Shown here in pieces: positions 1-7,989 of a stretch of 64,000 bases of DNA. Every line of letters starts with the position of its first letter. Position 1 is the stretch's first letter. Source of the DNA: a bacterium (GTDB lineage Bacteria > Zhuqueibacterota > Zhuqueibacteria > Oceanimicrobiales > Oceanimicrobiaceae); the NCBI GenBank assembly GCA_037446635.1, contig JBBIIG010000016.1, forward strand, positions 14,065 through 78,064. The letters are read 5' to 3'. The notes under the pieces were generated by a model. It saw nothing but the letters and a program-made list of their open reading frames with translations. It was not told where the DNA came from and did no database searches. The position numbers and the translations under genes were made by a program.

Positions 1-673
1 GTAGAAGGGAATCGACCCAAGCGCCAGTTGCGTTTACCACCACCCGCCCGTGAATTTCCGACTCTTTGCCGGTCAACGCATCTCGAACTTTGACGCCGCG
101 AATCTGATCGTCCTCAATGAGCAGGTCGATGACTTTTGTATAATTTTGCACGACGGCGCCCGCAGCTTTCGCCAGCAAAATATTTTCCAAACAAAGACGT
201 TCCGGGTAGGTGAGCTGGCAATCGAAATAAGTGAAGCCGCCTTCGAGATTACGGGCGCGGATGTTGGGCTCGAAAGTGAGCAACTCCTCCGTCGAGTACG
301 ATTGGTGGTTTTCGAGGGTTTTATCATAAGAAAGAATGTCGTAGGCCAGCAGTCCCAACTTGACTTTGCCATAACCGTATTTGTTGTCTTCATAAATTGG
401 AATGACAAACTGAATGGGGTGGACGAGATGAGGGGCTTGTCGCAGCAGAATTTCCCGCTCCCGCAGAGACTCCCGCACCAGCCCGATTTCGTAATGTTCG
501 AGATAACGCAGGCCGCCGTGAATGAGTTTGGTGGAACGAAAGGTGGTGCCGAACGCAAAGTCATTTTTTTCGGCAAGATAAACAGAGAGTCCGCGTTCGG
601 CGGCATCGCGCGCAATGCCGGCGCCGTTGATGCCCCCGCCGATAATGATGAGATCGTAAATTGTATGCCTCAT
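1..673 (-). CDS. glpD: FAD-dependent glycerol-3-phosphate dehydrogenase (runs off the window start)
   Basis: Not in ORF track. Manual translation from ATG 673: MRHTIYDLIIIGGGINGAGIARDAAERGLSVYLAEKNDFAFGTTFRSTKLIHGGLRYLE; GxGxxG and STKLIHGGLRYL are GlpD motifs. Confidence 0.92.
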   Translation of the reverse strand, partial: MRHTIYDLIIIGGGINGAGIARDAAERGLSVYLAEKNDFAFGTTFRSTKLIHGGLRYLEHYEIGLVRESLREREILLRQAPHLVHPIQFVIPIYEDNKYGYGKVKLGLLAYDILSYDKTLENHQSYSTEELLTFEPNIRARNLEGGFTYFDCQLTYPERLCLENILLAKAAGAVVQNYTKVIDLLIEDDQIRGVKVRDALTGKESEIHGRVVVNATGAWVDSLL

Positions 674-974
674 GGTTCAATCGCCTTTGAATGGCGCAAT
701 ATCATTAAAAAAGGTTAAACAGTCAAGAGGCTGGCGGAGCCCACGCAGAGCGCGGAATCAAGATTAAGAAAGCGGAGCGGTCCTTGCCTGCCTGCGTAGG
801 CAAACGCAATGAAGCCATCTCCAAATTCTGAGCACCCACGCGGGAATTGCCTCGTCGTAGTCTTTTCAATAATATAAAGATTCGCCCCATCAATTATGTT
901 GATTTTTAGTGGCACGCTCTTTATATTTACGCCGTTATTTTAGCGTGCTCATCCATCCTAACCCGGAGGCGGTC

Positions 975-1388
975 ATGGATTCAAAAACGCTGCGATCCCC
1001 CATTGAAGCTTTAAATCCACCGAAAGCAGTGAGTGTCAAAGTTGGCACTAAGGTGGATGCAGTGATCAAACTCATGAAAGAAAAGCGTATTGGCTGCGTG
1101 TGCGTGGTGAGGAACAATCAGATGGCTGGCATCTTCACGGAGCGCGATGTGTTGAAACGGGTGGTCGGCGCGGGGCTGGACGTCAAAAAAGTGCAAATCG
1201 AAGAAGTGATGACCACTACCCCGGAATATCTTTACATTGACGATCAACTGGCATTCGCGCTTAACCGAATGGACCTCGGCGGGTTTCGCCACATCCTTTT
1301 AATCAACACCAAAGGCGAACCTTGCGGTGTGATTTCCATGCGCGACATCATGTCGCATTTAGTAGAAAACGTTGGGGAGAAAAATTAG
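975..1388 (+). CDS. CBS-pair domain protein
   Basis: GIFTERDVL and GVISMRDI CBS motifs; GGAGG RBS before ATG 975. Confidence 0.88.
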   Translation: MDSKTLRSPIEALNPPKAVSVKVGTKVDAVIKLMKEKRIGCVCVVRNNQMAGIFTERDVLKRVVGAGLDVKKVQIEEVMTTTPEYLYIDDQLAFALNRMDLGGFRHILLINTKGEPCGVISMRDIMSHLVENVGEKN

Positions 1389-1430
1389 GCAGGGGGAAAA
1401 GCCGAACAGCATAAAATCGAGGAGGCGCCA

Positions 1431-1979
1431 ATGGTAGTTAAAACGGATTTTGACAAATTCGATGATGAGCTGCGCACCATGCAGGAGCTGATGGAAGAGC
1501 AGGAAATCACCCTGCGCGATAAAGATTTGCTCGTGCCTATCAAGACTTTGAATTTGAAAAAAGCGGTGACGGTTGCGCCGGGAACATCCATCAAACAATG
1601 CGTGGAAACCATGCTTGCCCGCCATTTTGGGTGTTTGCTGGTAGTTAAAAACAAAAACTTGCAAGGCATTTTCACGGAGCGCGACGTGTTAATGAAGATC
1701 GCCGGCGAGAATATCGATCTGGCGAAAGCCAAAGTGGACGACTACATGACCCCCCATCCCGTAACCCTGACTCTGAAGGACCCCATCCTTTCAGCGCTGC
1801 GGCTGATGCACCACGGAGGCTATCGCCACCTAACCATCGTCGATGAAAAAGGCGAACCTGTTTCTGTGCTTTCCATTCGCGACGTTGTCCACTATATCGT
1901 CGAGTTTTTCCCGCAGGATGTTTTAAACTTGCCGCCGCACCCGCTTCGCGTTGGCGCCAAAAGCGCTGACGGCGGCTGA
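1431..1979 (+). CDS. CBS-pair domain protein, paralog of upstream gene
   Basis: GIFTERDVL, GGYRHL, VLSIRDVV; GAGGAGG RBS. Confidence 0.88.
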   Translation: MVVKTDFDKFDDELRTMQELMEEQEITLRDKDLLVPIKTLNLKKAVTVAPGTSIKQCVETMLARHFGCLLVVKNKNLQGIFTERDVLMKIAGENIDLAKAKVDDYMTPHPVTLTLKDPILSALRLMHHGGYRHLTIVDEKGEPVSVLSIRDVVHYIVEFFPQDVLNLPPHPLRVGAKSADGG

Positions 1980-2035
1980 ACGATGGATTTGCAATAAATC
2001 AACTGTTTTCAAATAAATTGGAGTAATCATAAAAG

Positions 2036-3868
2036 ATGAGTAAACCAGTCAAAACTCTCAACGAGGTGACTATCCGTTTCGCCGGCGACTCCGGCGACGG
2101 CATGCAGTTAGTCGGCAATGAATTGGCGAACACCTCGGCATTGCTTGGAAACGACATTGGTATTTTGCCGGACTTTCCGGCCGAAATTCGCGCCCCTGCC
2201 GGCACACTGCCCGGCGTCAGCGGCTACCAACTGCATTTCAGCAGCTATGACATTCACACGCCCGGCGAGCAATACGACGCTTTGATTGCTATGAATCCGG
2301 CGGCGTTGAAAATGAATATTGGCAACCTCAAACCCAACGGTATTTTGATTGTGAACTCCGAAGCTTTCAAAGATCGGAATTTGCAGCTCGCGCGCTATGA
2401 ACGCAATCCCCTGGAGGATGGCTCGTTAGACAAATATCAGTTGTTCGAAGTGGATATCACCGGCCTAACGCGCAAGGCGCTGGAAGAATTGAATCTCTCC
2501 GCCAAAGTAGTGGATCGTTGCAAGAATTTTTTTGCGCTTGGCATGGTTTTTTGGCTGTATAATCGCTCGATGGACCACGCCATCGCTTTGATCAAAGATA
2601 AATTTTCAAAGAAACCGGAATTGGTAGAAGCCAACCTGCGCGCATTGAAAGCTGGTTATGCATATTGTCTGGCAACGGAGCAATTTGCCACCTCGTATGA
2701 AGTCAAGCCGGCGAAATTGCCGCCCGGCAAATACCGCAGTTTGAGCGGCAACGATGCCATCGCGCTCGGTTTGATTGCCGCTTCTGTGAAATCGGGGTTG
2801 CCGCTGTTTTATGGCAGCTATCCCATTACGCCTGCCAGCGATATTCTGCACGAGCTTTCGCGCTACAAGAATTTTGGCGTGCGCACCTTTCAGGCGGAAG
2901 ATGAAATTGCGGCCGTGTGCGCCGCCATTGGCGCATCATACGCCGGCGCCTTGGGCACCACTGGCACCAGCGGCCCGGGGCTGGCGCTGAAAATGGAGGC
3001 CATTGGCCTGGCGGTAAGTGTGGAACTGCCGCTGGTGATTTGCGATATCCAGCGCGCGGGCCCCAGCACCGGCATGCCCACGAAAACCGAAGCCGCGGAT
3101 CTGTTGCAGGCCATCTACGGCCGAAACAGCGAGGCGCCGGTGCCGGTGGTGGCGGCGTCGCGGCCATCCGATTGTTTTGAAACCGCGTATGAGGCGTGCC
3201 GCATCGCCATCAAATACATGACGCCGGTAATTCTCCTCTCCGATGGCTATCTTGCCAATGGCGCGGAACCCTGGCCCGTGCCGGATGCCAGCAAGCTGCC
3301 GGAGATTCCAGTGAAATTCGCGACGGATCCGGAGAGCTTTGCGCCCTTTTTGCGGGATGAGATCACGCTGGCACGCCCGTGGGCGCTGCCTGGCACACCG
3401 GGGCTCGAGCATCGCATTGGCGGTTTGGAGAAAGAGGCCGTGACCGGCAATGTAAGTTACGATCCGCGCAATCACGAGTACATGTGCACCATCCGTGCGA
3501 AAAAGGTAGCGCAAATCGCTGACGATCTGCCGCCCACCCAAATTGAGGGTCCGCACTCCGGCGACCTGCTTGTCTTGGGCTGGGGCAGCACGTACGGCGC
3601 CATCAAAACGGCGGTCGAACACAAGCAGAAAGAAGGCAAATCGGTGTCGCAGGTTCACTTGCGTTATTTGAACCCATTGCCCAAAGACCTGGGGAAAATT
3701 CTTTCGAATTTCAAGAAGATATTGATCCCTGAGCTCAATTTGGGGCAATTGGTGAAAGTTATTCAAGCAACTTATCTTGTCCCGGTAGTTGGGTTCAGCA
3801 AAATTCAGGGACTGCCATTTTTCTCTTCTGAAATTGAAGAAAAAATCGATCAACTTTTGGAGAAGTAG
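2036..3868 (+). CDS. korA: 2-oxoacid:ferredoxin oxidoreductase alpha subunit (gamma-alpha fusion)
   Basis: FAGDSGDGMQL, YPITPAS, QAEDEIAA, TSGPG, QRAGPSTGMPTK. Confidence 0.93.
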   Translation: MSKPVKTLNEVTIRFAGDSGDGMQLVGNELANTSALLGNDIGILPDFPAEIRAPAGTLPGVSGYQLHFSSYDIHTPGEQYDALIAMNPAALKMNIGNLKPNGILIVNSEAFKDRNLQLARYERNPLEDGSLDKYQLFEVDITGLTRKALEELNLSAKVVDRCKNFFALGMVFWLYNRSMDHAIALIKDKFSKKPELVEANLRALKAGYAYCLATEQFATSYEVKPAKLPPGKYRSLSGNDAIALGLIAASVKSGLPLFYGSYPITPASDILHELSRYKNFGVRTFQAEDEIAAVCAAIGASYAGALGTTGTSGPGLALKMEAIGLAVSVELPLVICDIQRAGPSTGMPTKTEAADLLQAIYGRNSEAPVPVVAASRPSDCFETAYEACRIAIKYMTPVILLSDGYLANGAEPWPVPDASKLPEIPVKFATDPESFAPFLRDEITLARPWALPGTPGLEHRIGGLEKEAVTGNVSYDPRNHEYMCTIRAKKVAQIADDLPPTQIEGPHSGDLLVLGWGSTYGAIKTAVEHKQKEGKSVSQVHLRYLNPLPKDLGKILSNFKKILIPELNLGQLVKVIQATYLVPVVGFSKIQGLPFFSSEIEEKIDQLLEK

Positions 3869-3869
3869 A

Positions 3870-4919
3870 ATGAGAGTAAAAGAAGAAACCATGACCCCCA
3901 ATGGGCCAATCATAAATCTCACGAAAAAAGATTTCGAGTCCGATCAAGAAGTACGCTGGTGTCCCGGCTGTGGTGACTATTCGATTTTAGCGCAGACGCA
4001 GCGGACGCTTCCGAGTTTAGGCATTCCGCGGGAAAAGTTTGTGTTCGTCTCCGGCATCGGTTGCTCCAGCCGCTTTCCGTATTACATGAACACCTACGGC
4101 TTTCATGGCATTCATGGCCGCGCGCCGGCGATTGCCACCGGCGTCAAAATCACCAATCCGGAATTGTCAGTATGGGTGGCCACCGGCGACGGCGACGCCC
4201 TCAGCATCGGCGGCAATCATTTTATTCACTTGCTGCGCCGCAACCTCGATATCAACGTGATTCTTTTCAACAACCGAATTTATGGGTTGACGAAGGGCCA
4301 ATACTCGCCGACTTCTGAATTCGGAAAAATTACCAAGTCTTCGCCGTTCGGCTCTGTAGATCATCCGTTCAATCCCATCAGCGTGGCAATTGGCGCCGGC
4401 GCAACGTTTGTCGCCCGCACTATGGACCGCGATCCGGCACATATGCAGGAAACCATCAAAAAGGCAGCCGAGCACAAAGGTACCTCGTTTGTTGAGGTTC
4501 TGCAAAACTGCAATATCTTCAATGACGGTGCCTGGTTCAAATACACGGAAAAGGAAACCAAGCCGGAGAACGTGGTTTATCTCGAACACGGCAAGCCGCT
4601 CATTTTCGGTGCACAGAAAGACAAAGGCATTCGCTTGAATGGCTTCAAGCCGGAAGTGGTTTCCCTCAAAGACGGCAAATTTTCGGAAGTGGATTTGTTG
4701 GTGCATAATGAAAACGATCCCAACTCCACCTATGCTTATATTTTGAGCCACATGATGGACAACCCCGCGCTGCCCATTCCCGTCGGTGTGTTTCGCTCCG
4801 TTGAAGCGATGCGCTATGAAGACGCGTTGACCGAGCAGCTCAAACTAGCATCGCAGAAAATGGGCAAGCCCGATTTGCAGGCGCTGCTGGAGTCCGGCGA
4901 TACCTGGGAAGTCAAGTAA
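3870..4919 (+). CDS. korB: 2-oxoacid:ferredoxin oxidoreductase beta subunit
   Basis: WCPGCGD, SGIGCSSR, GDGD TPP motif, NNRIYGLTKGQYSPT; ATG 3870 follows korA stop. Confidence 0.93.
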   Translation: MRVKEETMTPNGPIINLTKKDFESDQEVRWCPGCGDYSILAQTQRTLPSLGIPREKFVFVSGIGCSSRFPYYMNTYGFHGIHGRAPAIATGVKITNPELSVWVATGDGDALSIGGNHFIHLLRRNLDINVILFNNRIYGLTKGQYSPTSEFGKITKSSPFGSVDHPFNPISVAIGAGATFVARTMDRDPAHMQETIKKAAEHKGTSFVEVLQNCNIFNDGAWFKYTEKETKPENVVYLEHGKPLIFGAQKDKGIRLNGFKPEVVSLKDGKFSEVDLLVHNENDPNSTYAYILSHMMDNPALPIPVGVFRSVEAMRYEDALTEQLKLASQKMGKPDLQALLESGDTWEVK

Positions 4920-4944
4920 GTCGCTCTCATTATGAACGACATTT

Positions 4945-5000
4945 GAAAAATACGAATATCGAAATCCGAACCCGAAACAAACCCGAAATTCAAAGATCAA
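4945..5000. repeat. Degenerate heptamer run (AAATxCG-like), related to 50265-50490
   Basis: aaaatacgaatatcgaaatccgaacccgaaacaaacccgaaattcaaa. Confidence 0.5.
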
Positions 5001-5051
5001 ATTAACGGTCGATTCTTCGATACCCAAAGTGTTCCTAATTCAGGTTTAATG

Positions 5052-5082
5052 AGCCCGGTGAATTACGCCGGGCTTTTTGTTT
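5052..5082 (+). terminator. Rho-independent terminator after korB
   Basis: agcccgg-tgaattacg-ccgggct followed by T-run. Confidence 0.75.
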
Positions 5083-5123
5083 TTACCACTTGAATATCCG
5101 GTTGGACTTTCTTATGTTGAACC

Positions 5124-5486
5124 ATGAACGTTGAAAAAATCAAAGCGCGTTGGCAGCGGCGGAATGACGCGCGTCTAACCTCATTGGAAAATCGAAGAAC
5201 CGCTCTACTGCAAAAACTTCGGGAATCTGTGCCGGAGTTTCTAAGCGAATTCCCCGAGGTCACTAAGCTGATCGTTTTTGGCTCACTGGTTCGGCCGGGG
5301 TACTTCTCTGTAATTTCGGATGTGGATATTGCTCTGAAGAATCTGCCAAACGCGCGTTATTGGGAAGCGTTGTTGTGGTTAGAGAAACGCCTGGCGTTTG
5401 AAGATATTGATCTGGTGAGAATCGAGGATGCCAGGCCCGGTATTTTGAAATTCATCGAGAGGGGCGTGGTCTTGTATGAAAACTAA
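5124..5486 (+). CDS. Minimal nucleotidyltransferase (MNT) antitoxin
   Basis: FGSLVRPGYFSVISDVD (GS..DxD), DIDLV; overlaps HEPN gene. Confidence 0.85.
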   Translation: MNVEKIKARWQRRNDARLTSLENRRTALLQKLRESVPEFLSEFPEVTKLIVFGSLVRPGYFSVISDVDIALKNLPNARYWEALLWLEKRLAFEDIDLVRIEDARPGILKFIERGVVLYEN

Positions 5487-5964
5487 ATTCGAGAGCCTCA
5501 AACTTCTCAAATCTGAAATTCACGAGGCTTTGGTAAGAGTCGGAGAATTGGACGACAAACTAATGTCGTTGAATCCCGAGCGAAGCAGCGATGATGTTTC
5601 CGAAGAAGATTTGATAATCATTGGATATTTTTTATCCGGAATCTATTCAACCATCGAAGAGATTTTTGTTAAAGTTGCAAAAGAGTTTGAAAACAAAATT
5701 GAGGATTCGATACACTGGCACGCAGAATTACTAAATAGGATGGCCTTAGACATTGATGAGGTTCGACCGGCGGTCATCTCAAAAAAATCGCGAAATTGTC
5801 TGGATGATCTTCGCAAGTTCCGGCATGTGTTCCGTTTTTCTTATGCGTATGAATTGCAGGCGGATAAGATGGCAATCGTTGTGAAGCGCTGGCTGAGTTG
5901 TCGGAAAAGCATTCAAGAAGATATTCAAAAATTTGTGAGCATTTTGGATCAACTGGCAAGCTGA
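5476..5964 (+). CDS. HEPN (HepT/DUF86-like) partner of MNT
   Basis: WHAELLNRM..IDEVRPAVIS..LRKFRHVFRFSY pattern; coupled to MNT. Confidence 0.8.
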   Translation: MKTKFESLKLLKSEIHEALVRVGELDDKLMSLNPERSSDDVSEEDLIIIGYFLSGIYSTIEEIFVKVAKEFENKIEDSIHWHAELLNRMALDIDEVRPAVISKKSRNCLDDLRKFRHVFRFSYAYELQADKMAIVVKRWLSCRKSIQEDIQKFVSILDQLAS

Positions 5965-5968
5965 ACTT

Positions 5969-6232
5969 ATGTCCACTCGCAAAACAAAACATTCCAGCCT
6001 GGTTTTAATCGTGCTTTCCTGGCTGCTAACCCGCTTGTGGCAGGGCATCGAATTATCGCGGCTGGCGATTTTTCGTTTCAAACCGCCAGCGGTGATCAAT
6101 TTCATAGCGCGCGACGCCCGGCAATTTCCGCGAAGCGTCTGGATGATGGAGCGAAACAAAGTTTATTTGCTCGCGCTTAATGAGCCCCCCGATCCCCTTC
6201 AAATCAAAACCACCATTTGTGAAACGAATTAA
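5969..6232 (+). CDS. Possible small hypothetical protein
   Basis: ATG ORF fills the gap between HEPN and rhomboid genes; hydrophobic N-terminus; no motif. Confidence 0.3.
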   Translation: MSTRKTKHSSLVLIVLSWLLTRLWQGIELSRLAIFRFKPPAVINFIARDARQFPRSVWMMERNKVYLLALNEPPDPLQIKTTICETN

Positions 6233-6249
6233 AATCATTTCAGGGTAGC

Positions 6250-7074
6250 GTGATGTCAGAGAAGAATAACCTTGGGGCGATCCTTTGCCCCAATTGTAAG
6301 AAACTTATCAGCGCCAATTCCGAGCAGTGCATCTATTGCGGCATGAAGAACCCCAACCTCTGGGGCTTCAGCGGGTATTTGCGGAAAATCTTTGGCGCGC
6401 AGGCGAGTCTCGTGCCGGCAATCACGATCGTTTGTGTCGTGTATTACGTTCTGAGTCTCCTCTTTGATCCTTCTGCCATCATGCACCCCGGCGGGATTTT
6501 TGATTTTCTTGGCCCGTCCAGCCACAGCTTATTTCGTCTCGGCGCCACCGGCACGTTGGCGATGTCGCTTGGTAAATGGTGGACGCTTATTACAGCCGTT
6601 TATCTGCACGGCGGGCTGCTGCACATTTTCTTCAATTTGTACTGGCTGCGGCAATTAGGCCCGCCTCTCGAAGAATTTTTCGGGGTGGCGCGCACGTTCA
6701 TTATTTTTACTGTTGCCGGAGTTTTGGGTTATGTCGCTTCCAATTTGGCTGAAATTGGATTCACCATCGGCGCTTCCGGTGCCAACTTTGGGCTGCTCGG
6801 CGCGTTGATTTATTACGGCCGCCGGCGCGGCGGCACCTTCGGCGCCCACATTTATCGCGAAGTGGGACAGTGGGCGATTGTGCTGTTTGCGATGGGATTT
6901 CTGTTTCCGGGCATCAACAACTGGGCTCATGCCGGCGGCTTCGTGGGCGGGTATGTAACCGCGGCGCTGGTGGGTTTCGCCGAAATCAAACCCGAGAACC
7001 AATTTCATCTTTTTGCGGCGCTGGCTTGCATCGCGGTGACCATTCTGGCGTTTGTGCTGGCGCTGCTGCCGTGA
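6250..7074 (+). CDS. Rhomboid intramembrane serine protease with N-terminal Zn ribbon
   Basis: CPNC..CIYC; WWTLITAVYLHGGLLHIFFN; GASG; NWAHAGG. Confidence 0.9.
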   Translation: MMSEKNNLGAILCPNCKKLISANSEQCIYCGMKNPNLWGFSGYLRKIFGAQASLVPAITIVCVVYYVLSLLFDPSAIMHPGGIFDFLGPSSHSLFRLGATGTLAMSLGKWWTLITAVYLHGGLLHIFFNLYWLRQLGPPLEEFFGVARTFIIFTVAGVLGYVASNLAEIGFTIGASGANFGLLGALIYYGRRRGGTFGAHIYREVGQWAIVLFAMGFLFPGINNWAHAGGFVGGYVTAALVGFAEIKPENQFHLFAALACIAVTILAFVLALLP

Positions 7075-7103
7075 GACGGCAGAGGGCAGAGGTGAGACGT
7101 TTT

Positions 7104-7179
7104 ATAACCGCAATGACCGCAAAGAGGGCGCAACAATTCTTCGCGTTCTTTGCGTTGTCTTTGCGAACCTTGCGGTTAA
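7104..7179. repeat. Imperfect intergenic inverted repeat (AACCGCAA...TTGCGGTT type)
   Basis: taaccgcaatgaccgcaaag ... ctttgcgaaccttgcggtta between convergent genes. Confidence 0.6.
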
Positions 7180-7183
7180 GTTG

Positions 7184-7957
7184 CTAAATGAAAACTTTGA
7201 ATGCAAACGCGAGGACAATCGAAATCTTCCAACCATCCAGCCTATTGCGGACGCCGGCATACGGCTCACGATTGGTGAATTTGATGAAGTCATCCGGGAA
7301 GCGGTCGCTGCCATCGAGAATTTTTTCCGGGGCGGAATCCCGCAGATGGCCGCCCGTGTTGGTTGCAAAAACTGGGCGGCTGATTTTAGCCATCAAAAAG
7401 GTGCGGTTTTTTCGGACGCCGAGCACGAGCCCGAGGTCGCCGGCGAAGAAGGATTGCGCTTTGTACGCACCGTCCAGGCGCTCCGAGTAGTCCGAGCCGG
7501 AAATATTTGAATAACTCGATTTCATGCTGACACGGCGGTTTAAAAAAAGCGTCAGCAGCCCGCCCACAAAAACGTTCCCCCACACTCTGCCGGCTTCCCC
7601 TTCTAAATAAAAGGCGTCGGAATGAATGCGAAAATTGCGGCTGTCGCCATTGTTGAACAGGCCGTTGCTGCTGCTGGTTAAGCGGCGCCAGCCCGCCAGC
7701 ACGGCCGTAGTCAGACGATATCCCACGTAGCGGTATCCGCCCTCAAAACGCAGCCCCACATAGTTATCGAAGCCGCTTAAAAATTGGCTCATGTTGGGCG
7801 CGTTGACGGCGTTGTAGGTTTGCTTAAAATGATTTAAGTCGGCGGAATCATAGAGGCTGAGAGTTACGCCCGTGCCCACCACGCCATAGTGCTGCGACCA
7901 CAGTTGTAACGAACATGACGATTCGATGATCAGGAGAAATAAAATGGTTCGCATCAT
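7184..7957 (-). CDS. Hypothetical exported protein, possible outer-membrane beta-barrel
   Basis: Signal-like N-terminus from ATG 7957; alternating aromatic/Gly strands; aromatic-rich end. Confidence 0.6.
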   Translation of the reverse strand: MMRTILFLLIIESSCSLQLWSQHYGVVGTGVTLSLYDSADLNHFKQTYNAVNAPNMSQFLSGFDNYVGLRFEGGYRYVGYRLTTAVLAGWRRLTSSSNGLFNNGDSRNFRIHSDAFYLEGEAGRVWGNVFVGGLLTLFLNRRVSMKSSYSNISGSDYSERLDGAYKAQSFFAGDLGLVLGVRKNRTFLMAKISRPVFATNTGGHLRDSAPEKILDGSDRFPDDFIKFTNREPYAGVRNRLDGWKISIVLAFAFKVFI

Positions 7958-7989
7958 TTGACGCCGCAATTTTTCCGGGAGAAATTTGC

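Noticed and set aside
50..718. 222-aa plus-strand ORF
   Set aside because: Antisense shadow of glpD.
2936..3922. 328-aa minus-strand ORF
   Set aside because: Antisense shadow of korA; no motifs.
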